Assembly: GCA_951804945.1 (NCBI GenBank)
Contig: OX638159.1
Span: 48,608,001 to 48,672,000, forward strand
Reading direction: 5' to 3'
Source: Podarcis cretensis
Taxonomy: Eukaryota
DNA: 64,000 bases
The notes under the pieces are model-generated. The model was not told where the DNA came from. It did no database searches and saw nothing but the letters and a program-made list of their open reading frames with translations. Position numbers and translations under genes: made by a program. Positions 40,362 to 51,296 of the stretch are shown here, piece by piece. How positions within the stretch are numbered: position 1 is the first letter of the stretch; every line of letters starts with the position of its first letter.

Positions 40362-40484
40362 TCAGAGGATCCGCCGCTGGGCCGCCGCGGAGCGAGAGGA
40401 GGAGGGGAGATAATATAACAACAATAATCCGGGCCGGGAGGGGGGCTGGCTCCTCTTCCGTCTCCTCCTCAGTGCAGCGAACAT
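40362..40484 (-). CDS. upstream ORF in NIPBL 5' UTR, 40 aa MFAALRRRRKRSQPPSRPGLLLLYYLPSSSRSAAAQRRIL
   Basis: ATG at 40484-40482, TGA ending 40362 (C-terminal part of track ORF 40362..40670). The first 20 codons lie in the best-conserved block of exon 1. Translation is not demonstrated. Confidence 0.5.
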   Translation of the reverse strand: MFAALRRRRKRSQPPSRPGLLLLYYLPSSSRSAAAQRRIL

Positions 40485-40562
40485 GTAGAGCCGGGGACGG
40501 GCGGGAGCGGCCGAAGCGAATCCCTTAAGTCGCCGCCGCCGTCGTCGTCTTTGCCGTCCTCC

Positions 40563-40651
40563 CCGCCGCCGCCGCCGCCGCCGTCCTCTTCTTCTTCTTC
40601 TTCTTCTTCCTCCTCCTCCTCCTCTTCTTCTTCTTCTTCCTTCCCCTCCTT
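40563..40651. repeat. compound (CCG)7 plus (TCT)n(TCC)n(TCT)n trinucleotide repeat in the 5' UTR
   Basis: CCG x7 at 40563-40583, then an uninterrupted 68-nt pyrimidine tract at 40584-40651. Confidence 0.95.
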
Positions 40652-40677
40652 GCCGTCGTCCTCCCACCAAGCCCGAT

Positions 40678-40692
40678 TCACGCCGCCAACAT
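40678..40692 (-). other. minimal uORF (MLAA-stop) in NIPBL 5' UTR
   Basis: Minus strand TGG ATG TTG GCG GCG TGA; weak Kozak context. Confidence 0.3.
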
Positions 40693-40743
40693 CCACACGG
40701 GCCGGGGCCGAGCCGGATTCGATAAACACCTCACGCACCGAAC

Positions 40744-40763
40744 GACCGACCGACCGACCGACC
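40744..40763. repeat. (GACC)5 microsatellite
   Basis: Directly visible. Confidence 0.9.
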
Positions 40764-41099
40764 AACCCCGGGAAGGGAGGGAGGAGAGGAGCGAGCGAGC
40801 GGGAGGGAGGGAGGAGGGAGGAGGGGGAATCTCCTCTGCCGCGGCTTGTTCCTTCTCTTCCGCCGCCGTCACCACCGCCGCCGCCTCTCCGCCTCCTCTG
40901 TGTACGCGGGCGGGTGGGGCGGGGCAGGGAGGGGACTGCTTAGGCCACGGTGAGTCGGTACCGGGGAGGGAGGAGATGGGGAGGGAGGAGAGAGAGAAGA
41001 GAGAGAGGGGAAAAGGAGCCTGCGTGAATGTGAGCGTCGGTCTCGCTCCCTCTCAGAACAAAATGCCGACCGGAAGTGCAGCTGTAGGAATGACTCCCT

Positions 41100-41946
41100 C
41101 CACCGGCGCCAAACACCAACAACCTCCCCTTTTTCTCTCTCCCTCTCCTTCTTCTGTTGCTGCTTCTGTTTCGCTTGCTCACTGCTTTCCTGCCTGCCTA
41201 AGCCGAGAGATCCATCCATGCACTCGCTGGGGAGCCTTTTCAGTCTGATGGCAGCTCCGAGTTGCGTATATGGGTGCTTTGCTGTTCTCTTTTTATCCGT
41301 TTTTCTTTCTTTCTTTCTTTCCCCCACTCCTCTCTTTTGCTGTATGTATATACGGAAGGCTGGAGTTTGCAAATAAAGGCCTGATGTTACGAGGAGAAGA
41401 TCTACGAACTGTCAAGATGAGGCACACGACTGAAATACTTCAGCAAAATAAATTGTCCATTTTTTTCTATCTTTTAAAAATGATAAAAGCCACATGAAGA
41501 GGATTGAAAATACGAAGAACTCCCAAGGAAGAGGATGAGTGGAAATTTAGAAAAGGGGGGTGGGGGAATACCTGCTGCATTCTTTCATATCCAGATGGAA
41601 TATTGGAAGCTTGTTTCTGCTTACGCCTGGTTTTCTTTTATTAAATTTCTCGTTCGTGCTTGCATGTGTGCTTTTATAAGGTGTTGATCCTGATCGCCAT
41701 ATCGTCGGATTTGAAGTTCTCACTGCTGAAAATTCTGGTTTCCAGATGGGCATGCTTTTCCAAAACCGTGTTTTCTGAAATAGCGTTGAGGGGGGAATCC
41801 GTGATATTGAAATGAAGGCTCCTTCGCTGGAAAATTGAGATGGTTGTTGACAGATTTCTTGCAAATAGTGTAATAATGGGTTGAGAAGGCAGCCTTGGAA
41901 GAAGGGGACATTGACGGACTTGAAAGCCTATCTATTTTCTCTTCAG
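41100..41946 (+). ncRNA. candidate divergent transcript (positional equivalent of NIPBL-DT)
   Basis: CpG-containing sequence continues beyond the TSS on the opposite strand. Candidate donor TTCAG|GTAAAT at 41946/41947; AATAAA at 41372 and 41447. Inferred from the human arrangement only. Confidence 0.3.
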
Positions 41947-43767
41947 GTAAATTGTTTTAGTTTGTGAGATTATGGAATAGGAACGAAATGGAATTCATAT
42001 AAATTGGCTTAAATGCCTGCTTTTTTCCAGTGCTTTGGAGCTCTCAAACTCCCCAAATATAATCAAGGTGCCAATTTTTAAATACAGTATTTCTACTTGA
42101 GTCAGTTTTCCATAATGCTCAGAGCTCAACCTCATGTAGTTGTTTGAATGTAGTAATCCAGGGCCACCCTCTGCCAGAAATTAGGCACTATGGCCCTGTT
42201 TCAAAAGAGCACATACAAACAAGATGTTCTTGTGTGTAGATGGGTATAGTTTTAAGGGTATAGTTTTAAGATTATGCATATTGTGCTATAGGAATATGAT
42301 TTTAGCTACTTGTAACATTCTGGGTTGTAAGTCTTTGAATATAAGGAAATAAATATACATATACTCCAGATTTAAAGACCTAGAATCCTGCTACAGTTAG
42401 TCATGACTAATGCCATACACACTTACCTGGGAATGATTCCCACTGAACACAGTAGGACTTCCTGACTAAATATGTGTAGGATCATATTGGACATGAAAAT
42501 TCAGTTTCATTTGTTTCAAAGAGATTTAGTAAAGACAAAATTAGACATATTTGCCAGGTAGTGACCCAAACGTGTTAGGTATCATTTATCCTGAAAAATA
42601 ATTGCACAGTTTGTAGAGAAGAGACTAACTTTTTAAATTGTATGTGTTTTCAAGTATTATTACAGGTAGCAGGTCCTAGATACCAAAGCAGTAGTATACC
42701 CACAAGCAGATTGTTTCGGTGCAGAAACTTAGGGGTAACGTATTTCTCCATTAACTAAAAGTGTCATTAAATTCTTCGTTTACTATATGTTTGGGAATTA
42801 TGGTATGGTGAATTTTTTTGATAAAAAATCCAGAATACCTGTCTTGTATAAAATATATAGGTTAAAATGTTATGAATTTAATTTCTTCACATAAGATGTA
42901 TTCTGAGAAAAATGTTGGTAAAAAGTATTTGCGGGCAATTTAAAGTATGTTGCAAAAAAAGCATAAGAATTAATCTCATATTTCATCTGTAAATTATTTA
43001 CAAGCTAAATACTTGTTTGGTCATAAACCGTATGTAGTTGTGCTCTTAAATTTAAATTTAGGGTGTTACTTAAATAAACCTAAGTAAATTCATGGACCTA
43101 ACTTAGTCATATTCATTAATTTCAGTGGGTCTACTCTGAGTAGTACCACCCTCTACAGGTTTTCATTCAGTCAGGTCTATACATTAAAACATAGTTTGAA
43201 GACTATAACAAAACAAGTTTAGTTAAATGTGGTTTTCTCAAATATTGAAATATTAATATATTTTAATAAGGCAGATCCAAAAAATATCTGCTCAGATACA
43301 CTTTGCCTTGTGCAGTCAGGATTTCCTTTTTAAAATGTAGACTGTTCATACTAAGTATAAATGTAAAGAGCCAAATTGTGCCCTCCTGTGGAAAAAGCAC
43401 AAAAAGCCCAGAAAACTTTTGAGTTATTTCTAGGCAACCTTAGCAGGAAATTCCCTTATTTGCAGAACTGTATTCTGAAAATGAATCCAGAAACAGACAC
43501 TAACATATCCATGCTGCCCTGTAATTAATACAGAAATCAGCACCGCTCTGAAAGTTTAGATGCAGGGTGAACAACATAAATACTGTACTGAGCATCATAT
43601 ATAATATCATGAGTTGCAGAGCTACAGCCTATTTACAAAGTTGTTTCTGAATGTATTAAGCATATTATTACCTGGTGACCAAAGCTCCTAGACCTGTTAT
43701 ACCTTTTGCATAATTTAATATAAGAATTTCAATTTAAAAAAAAATTCTATTGAAATTGATACTTCTA

Positions 43768-44410
43768 AAGGTAAAGGACCACTGGACGGTTAAGTCCAGT
43801 CAAATTTGACTATGGGGTGCGACGCTCATCTCGCTTCAGGCCAAGGTAGCTGGCATTTGTCCACAGACAGCATTAAGGGTCATGTGGCCAGCATGACTAT
43901 ACCACTTCTGGCACAGCAGGACACTGTGACGAGTGCCAGAGTGCACAGAAATGCTGCTTACCATCCCGCTGCAGCGGTTCCTACTTATCTACTCACGTTG
44001 GCATGCTTTGAACTGCTAAGGTTGGCGGGAGCTGGGACAGAGCAGCAAGAGCAAACTCCGTCACTCGGATTCAAACCACCAAGTGGGTGGTGCTGCGGTC
44101 TAAACCAGGGGTCAGCAAGGTTTATCTTGCCTGGGCCGGATCGGTCCGGCAGAGATCCCTCCCTGGGCTGGATCATGCGCCCGTGCAATTTTCGGCATCT
44201 GTGTCTGCGCAGACACAATTTTGAATTTCTGCGCATGCGCAGGTTTAATTTCTGGCACCGCAGAAGCGGGTCCCTGTGCCACACTGCGCCAGTTTATCAC
44301 AGCACGTGAGCGGGCAGCTCTGTTTGTGGGCCGCTTGAACGACCTCTGCGGGCTGCTTCCAGCCCATGGGCCTTAGGTTGCCGACCCCTGATCTAAACTA
44401 CTGAGCCTTT
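43768..44410 (-). mobile_element. Sauria SINE with inverted 5' head, interrupted by a hAT MITE
   Basis: Body and tail on minus strand 43768-44082; head on plus strand 44083-44105 and 44399-44410; flanking direct repeat TG(A/T)TACTTCTA. Confidence 0.85.
44106..44390. mobile_element. hAT (Charlie/Buster-type) MITE
   Basis: TIR CAGGGGTCAGCAA / TTGCCGACCCCTG; 8-bp TSD GTCTAAAC/ATCTAAAC. Confidence 0.9.
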
Positions 44411-45444
44411 TGTTACTTCTAGATGTCAGAAACATTACACCAGTCGTATCAGTAGTACAAAATGAGTAATACCCTCACTAAGAGAGTGTTGAGTTGGAAT
44501 ACCAAAATCTGGGTTCAAATTCTTACTTGACTCTGAAATTCACAGTGTAGCCTTGGGCAAGTTAACCAAGCCTAGCTTGCAAGAAGCCCAAATAATAGTC
44601 CTTTACTTTAAAGGTAAAGACTCAGGCAACAGCATTCATGAACACAATACATTTTTTTAGTCTTTAAGGTGTCACATGATCCTTTTTGTATTTGCTTTTA
44701 TACACTAACACACCTAACCCACTGGAATTTGCAATTTCACAGGATAAAGTGCTATTCTAACCTTGGGATACAAATGGAGCAATTTAAGTGCAACAAAGAG
44801 TTTTCTGGCGCCATAAAGACTAACAAGTTAAAATACATTTAACTTTTATTTAGATGGTAAATAGCTAATCCATATACTACTCTAATGCTTTTCAACTACT
44901 ACAGTGACAACTTGACTGGTACAAACCTACATGTCCAATATTTTATAATAAGGTTTTCACTCATTGCATACCTGCTTTGCTTGCCTTACATGTACAAATG
45001 TATCAACAAATAGCTTTTTAGACTGGAATATAATCTGGAATTGAAGATGATTAATTTGCATTTGTATAGCGTTTTGCAAGTTTAGGAAATACTTGGGTTA
45101 ATGGAATAATTTAAAGTAATAAGAATTGAGTGTTATCTAAGATAGTTTCATAGTTACTTTGTGTAAATATGTCAAAATATTCATGCAGCGGAGCAGAAAA
45201 ATATTCTTTTTTTTTCTTTTTTTTTGCATTTTGAACACATTCTTCTATTTGTCATGGTGTAATGTTTTTAGAATACAATAACCCTCTTTGGACATTTAAT
45301 TTCCCCACACAATTAATATCCCATGAGAAGGAGTAGGACTCTATCATGTCCTTGGGTCTGGGCCTACTTTACCACCCTCCATGCCCGGGGGGGGGGGGTG
45401 ACACCTTCTCCTGAATTCATGCAACTGGAAAAGGACAATTGAAA

Positions 45445-45630
45445 TTATCAAGCGGCTGGAGCAATTCCCCTGTGTTGAAAACATCATTTTGGGCTTTTTT
45501 CATTTGAAAAGGAAGGGTTATTAGGAGACATTATATTATGCATACTGTGGAGAAAGTGAAATTTTTCTCACTTTCTCATAATACTTGGGGCCATCCTATG
45601 AAGCTGAATGTTGGAAGTTTCAGACAGAAA
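45445..45630 (+). mobile_element. old CR1 LINE fragment
   Basis: Degenerate similarity to the CR1 ORF2 C-terminus (FFSLSHNT-GHPMKL). Confidence 0.55.
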
Positions 45631-48039
45631 AACATTTGTATTTTCTTACCTTTTCTTGCTTCCTCCTTACCTTGTCATAAATTTGTGATTCTTTATTCTT
45701 CCACAAAAATGCTGCACTGCAAATCCATGTTTTAGGTAATAATACCTAAAATAGAATGTTTAAAAGTTTTAATATGTGATAACAGTGCTTATAACCGACT
45801 CTCAATTTCCCTTGAACAATGAAAAACCAGTCACCAATTGCTAATAATGGTGAGATTTTAGTCATTCTCAGAGTAGATGTACTGAAATAAATCGAGTCCA
45901 GTAACTTGTCCATTTATTTCAGTGAGTCTATTCTGCATCTAGTACCTATAAATTTTTTATCTGAGAAAAATTCTAGATTGCATAATATCATAAAAAAATA
46001 AGCAGCATTCAAATATACGATAAAACAACATACAAACATTAAAATCCTGAATTGATTTAAGTCTGAAATTCTATATACACTTGCATGATGGTAAGCTCCA
46101 TTGAATTTAATGGTTCTTAATGGGTCTTACTTCTGAGTAGACATCCATAGCACTACATTATTAAAATTTTCAGCCATTCTGGAAGCACATAAACAAAAGG
46201 CCCATCATTAGGTAAACCCATATGATCCAGCCAAACATCTCAGAGTACCTTTAAAAAAAAATCAAAAATATTTAAATCCTATAGAACTTAGCAAGGATTA
46301 AGAGAACAACTGCCCCATAGGACTTCAGAGAACTAATTTCACGTGATTAATCATTTTTTTAAAAAAACGAAACCCACAACTATGTGTTTTACTCATTTTA
46401 TATTAGGTGTGTTTAGAAATTACTCTCTCCTCACCTGCTCATTGCCTTCATTTACTCAGAAGGTAATCCTTATCTCTCATATGGGCTGAATATCTAATGC
46501 TTGCTCATTAAATACACTTCAAAACCACCTTTTAATTACAAATACGCAAAGCAGTGAACAACATTTAAGCAAATGTCCCTCTTGATAGTTCCCTTTTTTA
46601 TCTCATTATCACGAAGAAAATCTGGAAATTACCCTTGCTTGAATTGTAGGGGGGGGGGGGCGGCGGGAATAGTGATATTGATGTCAAATGGCGCTCCCAA
46701 CAGACCTTACAATATGCTATATCCTCAAAATAATTAAGAGGGACTCATAAAGTCTCCTAAGATATAACTATGAAGCCCTGTAAGATTTCCAGAGTGGCCC
46801 TTTGACTTGAAGAAATCCTTCGCCTTTCTATTCCCCTCAGACTACGGACTGGGCCACTGAACTCCTTTTAGGAAAGAGTCCATATTTGCCCTCAAATATT
46901 TACCTCAGGTTTGACCATTTTATTTCATAGATGTATACTTTAACATTTTTACAATGGTATTATGGATTCATTTATAACATTTTTTAAAAAAGAAATATGC
47001 AAATTAATGGGTAACAATAAGCCATCTTCCTTTTTTATCTGGGTAATGGTACGGTCCAGTGAAGTTTCTCTCAGGAGTATGAAGAAAAATGATTCTGTTT
47101 CTTCTGTTGTGCCAAAGCATACAGAACCCAAGAATCAGACAGCTAGATCACACTTAATATGAGATTTTAAAGAAATTATTGGCTTTTAAAGATTCTCATA
47201 GTCTTTTAAACATTAATTTGTGTATTCAGAAACATATGTCACTCCATGATGTGATTTTTTAAAAAACAGAACTGCTATTTAAAAAAAATAAACCCAAAAA
47301 ACCATAACAACATAAAGAATGTGATTTGTAATTTAAACACATACACATCCTTTTTCATGTAATATATGCAGTTCTAGACATTAATGTTCATTAATGCTTT
47401 ATGCACTCTAGTGTTTTGAAAAACATTTTTCATGCTTTTTGTCTAATATCACCACTAGGACACATTTTCCTTAGGCAGACAGTACTTTATATCTCCCATT
47501 AACTAAGTTTCAGTTCTTTAAAAAGTAAATTAAGAAAATAAGATGAAAAGTCTGGTACCCAGTAATTCATATCAGACGTGCAACCTGATCCCATGCTTGT
47601 TTACTCAAAAGTAAGTACCACTAAGAAATGGAGTCTACTCTCAAGTCAGGCTCAACTCATTAGCCACACTTGGCTAACAGTCAGTCCCACTGAACATGAT
47701 GGGACTTTTTATCTGAGAAAGACAGAGGATTGAGCTGTTAGGCTATATTCCATGAATCGTGTACCTGTAACTTCAAATCACTGAAGGGGAAACTGCAGAT
47801 ATTTATGTAAAAGTGACTCCAGTTTAATTATAATAAACAAAAGATGAGAGGTGTTTGGTAATGCCTTTTACTTTAGCAGAACACATGGCATATGAACAGC
47901 CATAGCTAATGGGGTGGGGAAACTCAAATCTTTTGACATCCCTTTGGATGTTACAAATAACTACAAATATGTAAGGGGGGGTGTTAACATGTATTACAGA
48001 TGGAACAATTCGTTTTCATCTAACTTTCTTCAGAGTTTT

Positions 48040-48283
48040 TTTATTTATTTATCCCCCATTTTATTAATTAGATTTTCACATCCCACTTTTCCTGGTAGGA
48101 GCTCAAGACAGTGTTGACTCCCCCCCACACACTTTATCCTCATAATAACCCTGTGAGGTAGGTTAGGCTGAGAAATAGTAGCTGGCCAAGGACACCTAGT
48201 GAGCTTCATGGCTGAGGGGGGATTTGATTGGGGGTCTCCTGAGCCCTAGTCTGACACTCTAACCACTATACTATCCTGACTCT
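48040..48283 (-). mobile_element. Squam3/CORE-like tRNA SINE
   Basis: AACCCTGTGAGGTAGGTTAGGCTGAGA...GGCCAAGGACACC...CTCTAACCACTA, homologous to the 35703 copy. Confidence 0.7.
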
Positions 48284-48890
48284 TTTAGAATAGTCTTTTA
48301 AAAATCAAATGCTGAATCTTAAAAAAAAAATACTGAAGTTTTTTTGGCCAGCAACAGCATCTACAAGCCCAGCATTGGTGTTCAGCATACGGGGGCAATT
48401 GCTACCAGCCACACACTCCAGCAGGGGATAGCTGAGCTGATGCTTTGCCTAGATGTCTGTCACCATCCCCAGCCATCACTTGGCAGCGACTCCACCAGGT
48501 GTGCTTACCTGCCAGGGTATCACTGTAATGGCCTGGGAGCTAAAGGGATACTTAGCTCAGGTGGGTGCCTGGCAGCTGCCACATTTAATCTCTAACAGTG
48601 CTGTGGAAGATAAAATGTGTCAGCTACAAGCTGCTAATCAGTGGTCACTTGTCTCCTAGCTCTTTACATCACTGCCAACAGGTAAGCCTACCTGACTGTT
48701 TACTTGTTTGGGAGAGGGGAAGTCTGGCAGTACCACCAATAGAAACTCATCCAGTGTTCCTAAAACCTGGAGCAGGGCCTAAATACCTTTCATCAAAGGT
48801 TACTAGTATGGCTTAATTATACTTTGCATTTACACTCTTTCCAATGTCCAAATGTTTGACAAACCCCTCCAACAAGGTCTCATCATGCAA

Positions 48891-48978
48891 GCTGCAATCT
48901 GAACCATGTCTACTCAGAAGTAAGTCCAATTGAATTCAGTAGGGCTTATTCATGGGTAAGTGGACTTTGAATTGCAGT
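48891..48978. repeat. representative of an abundant ~90-bp imperfect palindromic dispersed repeat (MITE-like)
   Basis: Approximate consensus GCTGCAATCCTA...TACTCAGAAGTAAGTCCCA-TGAA-TCAATGGGACTTACT...TAGGATTGCAGC. Other copies near 3680, 5110, 5780, 6175, 17835, 18460, 23720, 39165, 42410, 46060, 47580, 57850, 59755 and 61250. Confidence 0.7.
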
Positions 48979-49354
48979 CTAAATTGCCAACAGTCCATAT
49001 ATAGGTGATACAATCTAATGAAAACGTTATATGTGGCTGCAATCTCACTTCTAACTGAAGCAATGACCACAGTGATGGATGGGGAGCATGAAGGATAGAG
49101 AAAGTAGAGTTTTGTGAAAGGGGGTTGAAATGGAAGAGGGAGCACATCATTTGTTGTTTTGTGAAGTATCTAACCTGCCATTACAATATGAAAAATAATC
49201 AGTGCTAGTAGCAGTTGTATGGAATGTTAAATCCTTAACTGTCCTGATAAAGGAGATCCACAGCTGCAAATGAGCAGTGAGAGCAAGTGACAGACAAACT
49301 GGCTTAAAAAAGAAAACCCCACATATGCTTTTATACCATTCTATAATGTTTCAT

Positions 49355-49706
49355 GGGGACGCAGGTGGCACTGCGGGTTAAACCACAGAGCCTAGGGCTT
49401 GCCGATCAGAAGGTCAGCGGTTCAAATCCCCGTGACATGGTGAGCTCCCGTTGCTCGGTCCCTGCTCCTTCCGACCTAGCAGTTCAAAAGCACATCAAAG
49501 TGCGAGTAGATAAATAGGTACCGCTCTAGCGGGAAGGTAAATGACGTTTCCGTGTGCTGCTCTGGTTCGCCAGAAGCGGCTTAGTCATGCTGGCCACATG
49601 ACCCGGAAGCTGTATGCCGGCTCCCTTGGCCAATAAAGTGAGATGAGTGCCGTAACCCCAGAGTTGGTCACGACTGGACCTAATGGTCAGGGGTCCCTTT
49701 ACCTTT
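49355..49706 (+). mobile_element. full-length Sauria SINE
   Basis: Exact 13-bp TSD TATAATGTTTCAT (49342-49354, 49707-49719); GGGGACGC head and ACCTTT tail. Confidence 0.95.
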
Positions 49707-50418
49707 TATAATGTTTCATAGGTTTTCTGCTTTGGCTGAATCACCACTGCTTGGCAACAAAATCTGGGGTTTTTTTGAGGGGGGGTTGGTACTGATTGTT
49801 TTTCTTCAACCATCTGATTTACCATGTGATATGTGCTTAATATGAAAACTGACAAGTACAGCTTTTTGAAAGCTGAGGCAGTGGGTTTGACAGACAGTGC
49901 CAGTGAGCAGCTTCAGAGCATAACAGCTCCCAGCTATAACGTTAAACAGATAAAGATGCTATCAGCACTCATGATTCTGTTCTACCTGAAGATACATAAC
50001 ATATTGAATTGCAAAAAAGTTTTGCTCACCTGAAGGATCCCAGAGCGCATTGCGTACCATTGTGATGGTGCCTCCTGCAGGATCCCCTATTTCCTGTGCT
50101 ACTCAGGGAAAGGGGTATTGGAAAGGGAGTATTAGAAGTGGTGGGCCACCCTACGTCCTGTTCTGTCTGAGGGGAAAGTGTTCCTAGCAAACACAGTGTA
50201 CCCCTATGCTCAGTCCACTCTTCCACTTTAAACAAGTCATTGCTACCAGATAAAAGGGGAGAGTGTATATACCAGGCTACCCCTTATGAATCAGCTTAAA
50301 CTCTCCCCTGGGGTCTCCCTGAAGCCTCTCAAGGTAACACAAGATATGGTTTCCAGGCATGAGAGTGCTTACAGCAAGCTGAGACTACATAGGTTTATGA
50401 AAGAAGATAAAAGTTTAT

Positions 50419-50562
50419 TAGAATCATAGAGTTGGAAGGAAACCTGAGGATCATTTAGTCCTACATCTGCAATGCAGGAATATGCAACTGTCCCATATGA
50501 GGATTGAACCTGCAACTTTGGCGTTGTCACCACCACGCTCTAACCAACTGAGCTATCTAGGC
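50419..50562 (-). mobile_element. tRNA-head / CR1-tail SINE (Squam2-like)
   Basis: Minus strand GATAGCTCAGTTGGTTAGAGCGTGGT...GCAGGTTCAATCC head; tail TTCCAACTCTATGATTCTA identical to the CR1 end at ~62833-62851. Confidence 0.85.
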
Positions 50563-51296
50563 TGATGATGGAAAATAGTTTTAAGATGGAAAATGGTTTT
50601 AAAAGTTGCAGAAGTTATAGAAAAGCAATATATTCCCATTTAGATCAAAATAACAAACTAAAGTAGAATAAAACATCTTCCATGGGTGAATTGTTTCATA
50701 CCCTATTCTTAAAACAACTCTCTAAGTAGGTCAGTTATCCCCATATTGCAGATGCAGGGCAGAGGCTGAGAGGTTGTGGTTTGCCTAATGTAGCCTAGAG
50801 AGTTTAAGGCCAAGGTGAAATTTGAAGCAGGGGACCTAAGTTCATTGTTCATATTCTTAGCTGCAATGGTTCACCAGCTCAATGCTATATTTATACCTTT
50901 CTTCTGATTAGGGAAATCCCCATTCTGTGATGGGAAACATTGATTGCAAATATATCAGCACTTCTGCTAGCTTTGTAGTGACATTCACCTTCTAGAGAGA
51001 AGATTTGCATTCATCAAATAATCTTGATAACTATACAAGAACCAACTTGGATGAAGTGGATAAATGTTGGGCAAGAGTGGGTGAGACCCGCATTCAAGTC
51101 CCTGCTTAGTCACATAGCCACCGCATAGCCTGGGGTAAGTCATGACCTCTTTCCCTAACCTACCATACATGCCAACTGGGGGGAGGAGGAGGCAGAAATG
51201 TCAAATAAATAAAGCAAAACCAATGGTGTAGAAAGACAAGCCGTGGTATTTTCAGAGTACTGCAACCTTTGCAAGTTGTCATAGGACAGGACTAGT

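Larger units (their letters stand above)
40273..41074 (-). other. NIPBL: NIPBL exon 1 (non-coding 5' UTR exon)
   Basis: Minus strand reads TCCGGTCGGCATTTTGTTCTGAGAGGGAG (from 41074), CGGTACCGACTCACC, a GAG/GAA run, CCCCGGCTCTACATGTTCGCTGCACTGAGGAGGAGACGGAAGAGGAGCC, CCCCCCTCCCGGCCCGGATTAT and TTGGCTTCAGACG...CAG|GTAAAAG. These blocks occur in the same order as in the human NIPBL 5' UTR as I recall it. Lies in a CpG island. TSS position inferred by homology. Confidence 0.9.
39600..41420. promoter_or_regulatory. NIPBL: CpG island / probable bidirectional promoter of NIPBL
   Basis: Abrupt rise in GC and CpG against a CpG-depleted background. ETS/GABP motif CCGGAAGT at 41070-41077 at the inferred TSS, YY1-like CAAAATGCCG at 41059-41068, Sp/KLF GC box GGGTGGGGCGGGGC at 40912-40925. 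Boundaries approximate. Confidence 0.88.

Noticed and set aside
39588-41497. Long overlapping ORFs in the CpG island (poly-E, poly-S/P, poly-R products)
   Set aside because: Expected by-products of GC richness and trinucleotide repeats; mostly non-ATG starts and no recognisable domains. Only the ATG-initiated uORF at 40484 has supporting evidence.
46650-47131. Possible degenerate L1/Tx1 ORF2 fragment on the minus strand (RTITQIKKEDG)
   Set aside because: One short suggestive motif with no extended frame.
50490-50560. tRNA-like sequence
   Set aside because: Degenerate SINE head attached to a CR1-type tail, not a tRNA gene; the same applies to the Sauria and Squam3-like heads.
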